Shown piece by piece: positions 9,456-17,111 of a stretch of DNA of 64,000 nucleotides. The number at the start of each line of letters is the position of its first letter. Position 1 is the first letter of the stretch. Under the pieces are notes generated by a model. The model saw nothing but the letters and a program-made list of their open reading frames with translations. It had not been told where the DNA came from and searched no databases. This DNA is from Bacillota bacterium (GTDB lineage: Bacteria > Bacillota > Clostridia > Christensenellales > UBA1242), in assembly GCA_009784185.1 (NCBI GenBank), contig WRCD01000005.1, positions 1,868-65,867 on the forward strand, read 5' to 3'. A program made the translations under genes and the position numbers.

Positions 9456-9990
9456 CTTCCATTATAGCTTTTTTGCTGGCCTCAAATTCTTCTTTGTTAA
9501 TCAGCCCCTTTGCGCGCATATCATTAAGGTTGTTCAACCTGTCTATCTTTGTATCTACCGTAATCTGAGCATCGGTTTTTGCACTAATCGGAGTAACCTT
9601 ACCTCCTTTTTTGAGCATAAACCCGAATATTACAATACCGCCCGCACCAAATCCTACACCAATTGCAAGGTCTCTGATTAATCCTATTAAAATGTCAGGC
9701 ACCGCTAAAGCTTCTGCAATGGTAAACTCGTACATACCGCAAAGTATAATCATAACTATCAGCTCGGCCAAAACCAGCAAAACAAGCGTAAGCGGAATAG
9801 CTACCCAAACCGGAAGCATATTTTTATCCTCCGGATTAATCTTCATGTAAACAATACCAAACAGCAGCGGTATTAAAAGCGCCGCCCAACCGGAAACAAC
9901 ATCCAGAAACGCACCAAGCACAATCCATAGCACAACACCTGTCAGCGAAGCAGCCCCGCCAAGCAGCATTCCCTTAACTCTTTTAGTCAT
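9451..9990 (-). CDS. Membrane protein with C-terminal SHOCT domain
   Basis: Four to five hydrophobic helices, then LNDMRAKGLINKEEFEASKKAIMEE, a SHOCT-like tail. Confidence 0.7.
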   Translation of the reverse strand: MTKRVKGMLLGGAASLTGVVLWIVLGAFLDVVSGWAALLIPLLFGIVYMKINPEDKNMLPVWVAIPLTLVLLVLAELIVMIILCGMYEFTIAEALAVPDILIGLIRDLAIGVGFGAGGIVIFGFMLKKGGKVTPISAKTDAQITVDTKIDRLNNLNDMRAKGLINKEEFEASKKAIMEE

Positions 9991-10080
9991 ATATTAAATC
10001 TCCTTTGTAAACTAATACAAATTTAAATTATTGTTAGCTAAAAGTCAACAAAAAACTCCTTTTGTAAAGGAGTTTTTATA

Positions 10081-10632
10081 TTATTTTTGCATCAGGCATT
10101 CGGTAAGCTTTACAAAAATTTCACTTTTTCTTGTAATCAGGCTTTTGCCTATACTGCCTTTCAGCGCTTTCATAAACTTACCGCGCCCGGCAGATTTACT
10201 TGGAGCCGACCAGAATATAACTCTTTTGTTATACAACGAAACAGTTTCTAAGTCTTTATTTAACGCACCAAGCTCATCTAAAACAGTCTGGCCGTTTGCC
10301 GGAGGAACTGCAAAAAACGCATTATGTTTTTTGTCGTCACCCACATTCCACCATTTCAATTTAGCAGCGTGTTCGTGCATAGCAACATACTCAAAATCAG
10401 AAAACACTACAACTTTTATATCAGTACCGAATGCTTTCCTCAACGCCTCTTCGCATATAATCCTTAGTTCAATTGTTGTCTTGTTTTTTGAATAAAAAAT
10501 CACGTTGCCGCCGGTAAGCACCACACGGACACCTGTGAAACCGCACTTTAAAAAGACCTCTTTAAGCTGTCCCACACTGATTTTACTGCCGTCTTTTAAT
10601 TCGGTCTTTTGCAACAATGCAATATGAATCAT
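10081..10632 (-). CDS. DUF1697-family protein
   Basis: The N-terminal pattern IALLQK..G.KISVGQLKEVFLKCGFTGVRVVLTGGNVIF resembles DUF1697. Confidence 0.6.
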   Translation of the reverse strand: MIHIALLQKTELKDGSKISVGQLKEVFLKCGFTGVRVVLTGGNVIFYSKNKTTIELRIICEEALRKAFGTDIKVVVFSDFEYVAMHEHAAKLKWWNVGDDKKHNAFFAVPPANGQTVLDELGALNKDLETVSLYNKRVIFWSAPSKSAGRGKFMKALKGSIGKSLITRKSEIFVKLTECLMQK

Positions 10633-10712
10633 TTTTTAATTACCTCTTTTTATAACTTTCAGCAACATTATATATTATTTTTTTAAAAAATGCAATTAAT
10701 TTGAAGTTCCTT

Positions 10713-11450
10713 CTAAGGGCTGTTTTTTTCAATCACTTTGTTTTTTGTGTCAATTCTGTAATCCCTAAGCTGCCCGCCTTTAAACATTCTGGTTAAGAGG
10801 CCTATCAGCCCCGCATCATTCTTAACACGGATACCCGACGAATAAACCTCGCTGAAAGCAACTTTTTCTTTCCCGTTCACAAAGCCTTCCAAAGCGTTCA
10901 TTTTCTTTTTCTGAAGCAGAGACCATACAAGCAATGCAGCCGTAGCAGCTAAACACAAGATAAAAAGCACTATATATATTATTAAGTTGTTACTAAGCCA
11001 TAAAACGTCAAAAGCACTAAACAATTCATTAAATTCTTCCACAGTAAACACGCCAGTATCTGTAAACCAAAATCTCTGGTACTGATATTCAGCAACCCAC
11101 ATAAGAATCATAACAATCATGGCAACAACTGATACTGCCCCGCCAATTATTACAGGCAGCCAATACTTCCACTTTGGAGCAAGCGGAAAGCTGTTGCCCT
11201 TAATAATCGGGTCCACCTTTTTCTCTGTTGCCGTTTTTGCAGCACCAACGGGAGCATTGTTATAAATATTTACCGTATTGCCGGTAGAGTTGTTCATATT
11301 CACGTTGTTGGCAAGACTGTTTACATGGCTTTCCACAGCCTTTTGCGTGATAAAAGCAGTATTGCAGTATTCACAAATACCCGCTTCCTTACTTGCGTCA
11401 ACCTTAATACTCGCTCCGCAGCTGGTACACTTTGCGCTTACTAAACTCAT
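10713..11450 (-). CDS. Zinc-ribbon membrane protein
   Basis: The N-terminus KCTSCGASIKVDASKEAGICEYCNTAF gives a CxxC..CxxC pattern, followed by two or three TM helices. Confidence 0.6.
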   Translation of the reverse strand: MSLVSAKCTSCGASIKVDASKEAGICEYCNTAFITQKAVESHVNSLANNVNMNNSTGNTVNIYNNAPVGAAKTATEKKVDPIIKGNSFPLAPKWKYWLPVIIGGAVSVVAMIVMILMWVAEYQYQRFWFTDTGVFTVEEFNELFSAFDVLWLSNNLIIYIVLFILCLAATAALLVWSLLQKKKMNALEGFVNGKEKVAFSEVYSSGIRVKNDAGLIGLLTRMFKGGQLRDYRIDTKNKVIEKNSP

Positions 11451-11503
11451 TTGTTTTTCCTCCGTAACACTTGTATGTTAACACAAACAACAAAAAATGG
11501 CAA

Positions 11504-12016
11504 CTAATTATTAAGGCTTGATTTTGCGGCGGCTTGCTCTTGTTTTTCCTGCCAGTTCCAGACGAGCACAAACAGTACATTAAGGCAGGCAAAGGAGGTT
11601 AATGTTAAAAAGTTCTGGATTAAAGACGAGTAATATGTAAGCACGGTAAAGTCAAGGACTGCACCCATATTCATAACAACCGAATTTGCAATAATGCTTG
11701 CAACAACCGCTGCTACCAAGGCTCCGACACAAACAAACAGCGCAATTTTACTTTTGTTGCTTCCGGTTATGTAATACCAGATTGCAACCGCCAGCACTAC
11801 AGTCATTAGTACAGCAATAATAATTGCAGTAAGCCCGAACAACAGCGTTACATTGCTGCCGACTGCCGCAAACGGATTATCTGCCACTCCCTGATTTGCA
11901 TGGCTAATCAGCAAAAACACCGCCTCCGAATACAATGGGGCCGTAAACGCTGCCATCATAACTATCAGCGGACACGCCAGCACCGTTATTGCAACCGAAC
12001 GCCTTGATTTTGTCAT
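11504..12016 (-). CDS. Polytopic membrane protein
   Basis: The track ORF extends to 12115, but AGGAGAG precedes the internal ATG (MTKSRRSVAIT) at 12016. Five hydrophobic segments. Confidence 0.6.
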   Translation of the reverse strand: MTKSRRSVAITVLACPLIVMMAAFTAPLYSEAVFLLISHANQGVADNPFAAVGSNVTLLFGLTAIIIAVLMTVVLAVAIWYYITGSNKSKIALFVCVGALVAAVVASIIANSVVMNMGAVLDFTVLTYYSSLIQNFLTLTSFACLNVLFVLVWNWQEKQEQAAAKSSLNN

Positions 12017-12108
12017 TGGTTTCTCTCCTGAATTTATTATTTTAATAATAAACTCTTTAATAATTAAAAGCAAGTAATAAAAGAAAAATAAAAAATTAAG
12101 AAAAACTC

Positions 12109-12137
12109 TTAACAAATTATCCTTTATATGCTATAAT
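12109..12137 (+). promoter_or_regulatory. Sigma-70-type promoter of tRNA-Leu(AAG)
   Basis: TTAACA, 17-nt spacer, TATAAT, ending 18 nt before the tRNA 5' end. Confidence 0.6.
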
Positions 12138-12155
12138 CCCATTATTGCCAACCGT

Positions 12156-12242
12156 GCGGCCGTGGCGGAACTGGCAGACGCACAGGACTAAGGATCCTGT
12201 GGTAGCAATACCGTGGAGGTTCAAGTCCTCTCGACCGCACCA
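12156..12242 (+). tRNA. tRNA-Leu with anticodon AAG (A34)
   Basis: Type-II tRNA. Acceptor is GCGGCCG/CGACCGC with one C-A mismatch. Anticodon stem is CAGGA/TCCTG, loop CTAAGGA. It has a long variable arm, T-arm GGAGGTTCAAGTCCTCT, and CCA. Confidence 0.8.
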
Positions 12243-12252
12243 AACTGTTCCG

Positions 12253-12284
12253 AGTTGAACCTTTGCGGGTTCAACTTTTCTTTT
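12253..12284 (+). terminator. Rho-independent terminator after tRNA-Leu
   Basis: AGTTGAACC-tttgc-GGGTTCAACT followed by TTTTCTTTT. Confidence 0.8.
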
Positions 12285-12303
12285 GCTTGTTCGTATTCGC
12301 TGA

Positions 12304-12771
12304 TTATTTGCTCAACTGCCTAAATTGTGGAAATTTATCTTCTTTTGTTGGCGGGATTACACTTAGTTTTGTATGGCGCACATACATAAAACTATCTTGA
12401 CAAGATTTATCGTTATTGTCAGACAGTTTGGAATAATTTACTAATTTCATGTAATCCGAATCATTTTCATTCCATATTACACCAAACTTTTTACATATAG
12501 AACACCATATTTTACTTGTTCTAGCGAACTTGTTTGCGTGCCACAAAATGTTTACAAACTCACCTTCAAGTTTATCGCTTTGCGTTATTTCGTTTTGCTC
12601 TGCAAAGTTCTCATATTCCGCAGGCAAGACGTGAATCTTTTTAAATAGTTTTTCTTCGCCGCCCTTTACTGGAATATAATAGTATTTCCCATCGTAAAAA
12701 GCACAAATCATAAGACCTTGCCCAAAATAGCACAAGGTAATTGCATCAATTTTAGTCACCACGCACACCAT
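12304..12771 (-). CDS. Hypothetical protein (155 aa), AT-rich cassette
   Basis: ORF in a visibly AT-rich patch. Its start overlaps the upstream 69-aa ORF by 20 nt. Confidence 0.55.
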   Translation of the reverse strand: MVCVVTKIDAITLCYFGQGLMICAFYDGKYYYIPVKGGEEKLFKKIHVLPAEYENFAEQNEITQSDKLEGEFVNILWHANKFARTSKIWCSICKKFGVIWNENDSDYMKLVNYSKLSDNNDKSCQDSFMYVRHTKLSVIPPTKEDKFPQFRQLSK

Positions 12772-12961
12772 ATTTTTTTACTATTTCAATTTGTTTTTTA
12801 AGGCTCTCAATCGCTTCATGTGGGTTGCTTTCAATATTTATCTCACGACCGCTGTCTAAAATAATTGTATTAACATACGGTCTTCCCTCCGCACAAAGCT
12901 TTTCCATTTTTTCAATCATCCTTTCGTATGTTTCAATACGAACTTTTTGCTTTCTATCCAT
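12752..12961 (-). CDS. Hypothetical small protein (69 aa), AT-rich cassette
   Basis: Charged helical sequence MDRKQKVRIETYERMIEKMEKLCAEG. It overlaps the downstream gene, which suggests translational coupling. Confidence 0.5.
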   Translation of the reverse strand: MDRKQKVRIETYERMIEKMEKLCAEGRPYVNTIILDSGREINIESNPHEAIESLKKQIEIVKKYGVRGD

Positions 12962-13087
12962 AATGATATTATATCATATTCTACTCTCGGCTCAAAGTAA
13001 CTTTATCAAATTCAACTTCATGCCAAAAGTAATTGCAAAACTCCAAAAGGCATTGACAATTGGGCGGGCATGACTTATAATTAGGAC

Positions 13088-13618
13088 ATGGAAATTGAAT
13101 TTACAAGCGGCAAATATACATATAATTATGATAAGGTGTCCGGTTCCAGCTCATGTTTCGGGCAAACAGATTTCTCATGTTTTTATTCCGAAGCCGGCCG
13201 CAGTTTTAAATTCTTGTTTTCTAAAAGCACCGAGTATTACACTTTTATGGTCTGGAATTCGGCAAACGCAACGGATACCGCAGTTTTTGATATGGACGCA
13301 TCATGTTTGTTTTTTGATGGCCTGACCCGGCTTTTGTGCGGCAAACCCAGTTTTGAACTGGTTAGTGATGTAAACTTGAATGCGGCGCTTGAAATTAAAA
13401 TGGAAGACAGCAAAATAAGCTGCGTAAGCAAGTGCAGCGGAAGCCATATGGAAGGCGTTCAGATTGGAACAGCCTTTAGCAGAAGCGAATTGGATAGCTC
13501 AGACAGCGGTCGGGCAAAAAAAGCGGCAATCCATCGGCTTTCGGAGGATTTAGAAAAGGCTTTTGCGCCGCATTTACCCGCTCCGTCAAATAATGCAGAC
13601 GGATTTGTTCCGAGATAA
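13088..13618 (+). CDS. Hypothetical protein (176 aa)
   Basis: ORF followed by the hairpin AAAGCC-gtat-GGCTTTTTTT. No motif recognised. Confidence 0.55.
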   Translation: MEIEFTSGKYTYNYDKVSGSSSCFGQTDFSCFYSEAGRSFKFLFSKSTEYYTFMVWNSANATDTAVFDMDASCLFFDGLTRLLCGKPSFELVSDVNLNAALEIKMEDSKISCVSKCSGSHMEGVQIGTAFSRSELDSSDSGRAKKAAIHRLSEDLEKAFAPHLPAPSNNADGFVPR

Positions 13619-13631
13619 AAACTAAAGCCGT

Positions 13632-14888
13632 ATGGCTTTTTTTATTTTAGGTGCATATACCACTCCTATGATACCCGCAAGCACAATCACAGTTAGTGCA
13701 GATGCCCTAACACACAACGCAGTTACAATAAAAAGCCGGCTGCCCGCAAAAACCAAGCTTTGCGCCGTTGTAAAAGCAAATGCCTACGGGCATGGAGTAA
13801 AATTTGCCGTAACCACGCTGGAGCCGTACGCAGACTTTTTTGCCGCTGCCACCAACCATGAAGCACTGGAGGTGCGTAAACTAACCCAAAGGCCTACGCT
13901 GGTAATGGATTCGCTGAAAACATCTGCACTTGCTAAATGTTTAAAACAAAACATTCATATCTCTGTTTGCTCGCTAAACGAACTGAAAATACTGTTATCG
14001 GCTGCCAAAAAGGCAGGCACAACGGCTCAGGTTCATATCAAGCTAAACACCGGCATGAACAGGTTTGGGATTTCCGGCACAGATGAATTTAGCTGCTGCA
14101 TAAAACTCATTAAAAACCAGCCAACCCTTACACTGGCCGGTGTATATACTCATTTCGGTGCCGGTGATAACCCAAGCCACCCTCGCACGCACGGCCAAGC
14201 CAAGCGGTTTAAACAGTTTCTGGCAATACTCCCGCCGGAACTAAAACCAATAATACACGCTGCCAACACCGACACTGCGCTAAACTTCCCCCAATACGCA
14301 TTTGATATGGTTAGAGTTGGTATAGGATTATATGGGTATGGGTCAAGCACGAACCAAAATTCCCCTCCCTGGAGGGGTGGCGCAGAGCGCCGGGGTGGTT
14401 TTACCCCCGTACTTACTCTCACCTCCTACATCGCAGCCATCCAAACTGTAGCTAAAGGCCAATATATCGGCTACGGCACCGGCACAAGAGCAAAACGCAA
14501 TATGACTGTTGGCATAATCCCGCTTGGATACGCAGACGGCATTTCAAGGAGCTTATCCAACAAAGGCAAAGTAATTATATCCGGCTTACCCGCCCCTATA
14601 ATCGGCAATATCTGCATGGACAGTTTTACCGTTGACCTAACCGAAAATTCCCCAACTCCTGCGGGGTGGATGTCAAGCGTAGCGCAGACAGACGGGGTAG
14701 CCGCCGCCGAAGGCGGCGTAAAAACTTTGGCGGTCGGAACCCCCGTCACCATAATCGGCCCGGACCAAACCGCAGCCGACATAGCCGAAACACAAGGCAC
14801 TATAGCCTATGAAGTACTGACCGGTATTAATCATTGCAGAATAAATTATCAAACAAAAAATCCAAACAAAAAATCCCCTCTAAGTTAG
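13632..14888 (+). CDS. alr: Alanine racemase carrying two in-frame family-A repeat insertions
   Basis: PLP-lysine motif AVVKANAYGHG, then GIGLYGYG, PLGYADG, ICMDSFTVDLT and GTIAYEVLTGI. The ATG at 13632 lies inside the upstream terminator, so the true start may be the ATG at 13668. Confidence 0.85.
   Translation: MAFFILGAYTTPMIPASTITVSADALTHNAVTIKSRLPAKTKLCAVVKANAYGHGVKFAVTTLEPYADFFAAATNHEALEVRKLTQRPTLVMDSLKTSALAKCLKQNIHISVCSLNELKILLSAAKKAGTTAQVHIKLNTGMNRFGISGTDEFSCCIKLIKNQPTLTLAGVYTHFGAGDNPSHPRTHGQAKRFKQFLAILPPELKPIIHAANTDTALNFPQYAFDMVRVGIGLYGYGSSTNQNSPPWRGGAERRGGFTPVLTLTSYIAAIQTVAKGQYIGYGTGTRAKRNMTVGIIPLGYADGISRSLSNKGKVIISGLPAPIIGNICMDSFTVDLTENSPTPAGWMSSVAQTDGVAAAEGGVKTLAVGTPVTIIGPDQTAADIAETQGTIAYEVLTGINHCRINYQTKNPNKKSPLS
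14358..14400 (+). repeat. Family-A repeat inside alr, in frame
   Basis: AATTCCCCTCCCTGGAGGGGTGGCGCAGAGCGCCGGGGTGG, translated as NSPPWRGGAERRGG. Confidence 0.85.
14646..14725 (+). repeat. Family-A repeat (long form) inside alr, in frame
   Basis: AATTCCCCAACTCCTGCGGGGTGG..GACGGGGTAGCCGCCGCCGAAGGCGGCGTAAAAAC, translated as NSPTPAGWMSSVAQTDGVAAAEGGVKT. Confidence 0.85.
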
Positions 14889-14913
14889 AGGGGTGCCCAA
14901 CGGGCGGAGTGTG
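14871..14913 (+). repeat. Family-A repeat across the alr stop
   Basis: AAATCCCCTCTAAGTTAGAGGGGTGCCCAACGGGCGGAGTGTG. Confidence 0.8.
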
Positions 14914-14920
14914 TGTTTAA

Positions 14921-15673
14921 TTATTTCTCAAAACTCATTGGCTGGCACTTAACTATGTTGTTAAGATTTTCCACAAACTCAGGCACGCCTTGCTGGTCTG
15001 TCTGGCTTTTAATTACAACCTCTCTTACAGTCTTTTTAGCCTTATTCCAGTATCTGTTGCCGTTGGAGTCTTCCTTGTGGAAAACCTCACGGTTATACCC
15101 CTTTGCCCACAAGTCCTCGGCAGCTTTTGCAAAAAGCTCTGCATCAGCCCCTGAGGTGGTTGGACTCCATGCTTCGCCTACAATCTTACCTTTTGCATCA
15201 TACACAATCTTTACAGGTGCAGTGCCTGCAAATTCAGAAGAGTATTCGGTATTGTATGTGCCGTCTGAGTTTAACACTTTAGTTATCTTAATCTGCAACT
15301 GAGCCTGTGCACCAAGACTAAAAGGCTTACCGTCCCTTATAGCACAAACCGTAAGTGACGCCGCTTTGGAATAGGGATAAATAACAGCCGGAATACTTGC
15401 CATTATCAACTCATAATCACTCTGCCTGCTTTTTGCGTCCCCGGGGAACATTCTTGTGCTGGCCTCAACTTTTGGACCAAAATGCTCATTTAAAACACGG
15501 GTCATGTCTCCGTCTTCAAATTCAGACTTACCCTCCGGCAAACCGATTGTCACCCAATTTTTGTTATCGGAATAATCTTTATAAAGCCGTCCGATGTGAA
15601 GAGCAATAATAGTACTGTTAGATGAGTTTTTTATCCTCATCAACAATTCATTGCGCCAATCAAAATCAACCAT
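14921..15673 (-). CDS. Hypothetical protein (250 aa)
   Basis: AAGGAG lies 11 nt upstream of the ATG, and a consensus promoter lies upstream. No motif recognised. Confidence 0.6.
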   Translation of the reverse strand: MVDFDWRNELLMRIKNSSNSTIIALHIGRLYKDYSDNKNWVTIGLPEGKSEFEDGDMTRVLNEHFGPKVEASTRMFPGDAKSRQSDYELIMASIPAVIYPYSKAASLTVCAIRDGKPFSLGAQAQLQIKITKVLNSDGTYNTEYSSEFAGTAPVKIVYDAKGKIVGEAWSPTTSGADAELFAKAAEDLWAKGYNREVFHKEDSNGNRYWNKAKKTVREVVIKSQTDQQGVPEFVENLNNIVKCQPMSFEK

Positions 15674-15708
15674 ATTTATGCTACACTCCTTAATTTTTAT
15701 ACAACTTA

Positions 15709-15737
15709 AGTATACACCAGGACACCCGTGTTGTCAA
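15709..15737 (-). promoter_or_regulatory. Sigma-70-type promoter
   Basis: On the minus strand: TTGACA, 17-nt spacer, TATACT. Confidence 0.6.
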
Positions 15738-15920
15738 TATGTAAATTAAAATGTAACACATCTCTGCACTTCCACATAGTATGATAATGTGCTGGCAGGC
15801 ACTTACAAAAGATAAGCGGGAACCCCCGCTTAAACGAAGCACGTAAGAAGAATTTTTAAAATTCAAAAGATGCCGGCACATTAATGTAGTTCCGGGCCAT
15901 TACCGGCCCGTTGATATACT

Positions 15921-15950
15921 AAAAAAGCTCTCCCAGTGGGGGAGCTTTGT
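15921..15950 (-). terminator. Terminator downstream of holA
   Basis: On the minus strand: AAAGCTCCCCC-actg-GGAGAGCTTTTTT. Confidence 0.75.
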
Positions 15951-15962
15951 CTTGCTGTCATT

Positions 15963-16934
15963 TTACATACTCAATATCTCAAACACAAAACTGTTTAGCG
16001 CAACTTCGTCGCTTATCTCACCCCGCCTGATTTTAAAGTCAAGTTCTCCGCCCAGTTCTAAAATCTGCTTCAGTTGCATTTTACTAAACTTCTGTCCCGA
16101 CTTTTTAGCCATTTTAATTGCGTAATCCTTTACCCCAAGCGCACGCGCAACATCCGCGTCACTTGCAGCCTGAGTACAGGCATAAAACATACGCCTGAAA
16201 GCAGCCAGCACAAGAACCAAAATGCTTTGCGCACTTTCTTTATCGGCCAGCATTGCGCCCACAATCTCCATTGCCCGAACCGCATTCTTGTTTGCAATTG
16301 TGTCCGCCAGCTCGTATGCCACATATTCTATATCTTTTGTTACGTTGTCTGTTACGGTTTGCAAGCCAACCTGTCCGCCGCTGCCGGCAAGTGCAGCAAG
16401 CTTAATTGCTTCAACCTCAATTCTGGCAAGGTTAAAACTGCAATACTGTATTAACAAATCAAGCGCTTGCGGTTCAATTGCTACTTTATCTTTTGCAAAA
16501 AAAGACTGTGTTACCTTTTTAAGCAGCGGCAAATCCAGCTTATTGCAGTCCACTACACATACGCCGGCCGCAGCAGTCTTGTAAAACCCGTCGTCCGGTT
16601 CCGCAACCAAAACAAGGCAAGCCGACGGAACCGGGCTTGTAATATAATCAGCCAGAAGCTTTTTGTTAGACTCCGTCTTTTTGGGCTCCCAGTCTTTTAC
16701 TATTACCAGCCTGAACTCGTCCATCATTGGCAGAGTTAAGCAAGCATTAACAACATCACTAAATTCCGCAGCCTCACTGGTAAACTTAACCATATTAAGG
16801 TCAGGCATATTGGGCACACAGCGCTCGGTAATAAGCCTTACCGCCGCCGCACGCAGATACAAGTCATCACCGGTAACTAAATACACGGGCTCTGCCTTAG
16901 TTTTTAAACTCTGCTTTAAATCCGCAAATTTCAT
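15963..16934 (-). CDS. holA: DNA polymerase III subunit delta
   Basis: MKFADLKQSLKTKAEPVYLVTGDDLYL. It lies next to comEC, and rpsT also lies in this window, as in the Firmicute comEC-holA-rpsT arrangement. The track start at 17054 adds 40 aa read from a family-A repeat, so I rejected it. Confidence 0.8.
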   Translation of the reverse strand: MKFADLKQSLKTKAEPVYLVTGDDLYLRAAAVRLITERCVPNMPDLNMVKFTSEAAEFSDVVNACLTLPMMDEFRLVIVKDWEPKKTESNKKLLADYITSPVPSACLVLVAEPDDGFYKTAAAGVCVVDCNKLDLPLLKKVTQSFFAKDKVAIEPQALDLLIQYCSFNLARIEVEAIKLAALAGSGGQVGLQTVTDNVTKDIEYVAYELADTIANKNAVRAMEIVGAMLADKESAQSILVLVLAAFRRMFYACTQAASDADVARALGVKDYAIKMAKKSGQKFSKMQLKQILELGGELDFKIRRGEISDEVALNSFVFEILSM

Positions 16935-16973
16935 AAAACTATAATACCATGTTTTGACAGCAAAAGCAATAAA

Positions 16974-17098
16974 AATTCCCCTTCTCCGAAGGGGTGGACG
17001 CGAAGCGGACGGGGTAGCCGCCGCCAAAGGCGGCGCAAAAACTCGGATTACCACAACCCCCGGCGCTCTGCGCCACCCCCTTAGCTTAAGGGGGAATT
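16974..17098. repeat. Family-A repeat, inverted pair (long form + short form)
   Basis: AATTCCCCTTCTCCGAAGGGGTGGACGCGAAGCGGACGGGGTAGCCGCCGCCAAAGGCGGCGCAAAAAC ... CGCCACCCCCTTAGCTTAAGGGGGAATT. Confidence 0.85.
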
Positions 17099-17111
17099 TT
17101 TACAAACCAAA

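Noticed and set aside
13632-13667. First 12 codons of the alr track ORF (MAFFILGAYTTP).
   Set aside because: The ATG at 13632 lies in the loop and 3' arm of the upstream terminator hairpin (AAAGCC-gtat-GGCTTTTTTT). The next ATG, at 13668, is more plausible, although neither has a strong Shine-Dalgarno sequence, so I kept the longer coordinates and noted this caveat.
16935-17054. N-terminal extensions of holA (to 17054), the PNPOx-family gene (to 33916), the histidine phosphatase (to 47210), ndk (to 25842) and the small-export gene (to 25226).
   Set aside because: The extra residues (for example PPLAAATPSASRPPLRRRG and IPLLGGVPKGRGG) are read-through of family-A/B repeats. Each gene has an internal ATG, at the conserved protein N-terminus where the family is recognised; four of them (ndk, the PNPOx-family gene, the histidine phosphatase and the membrane protein at 11504-12016) also have a clear GGAG-type ribosome-binding site.
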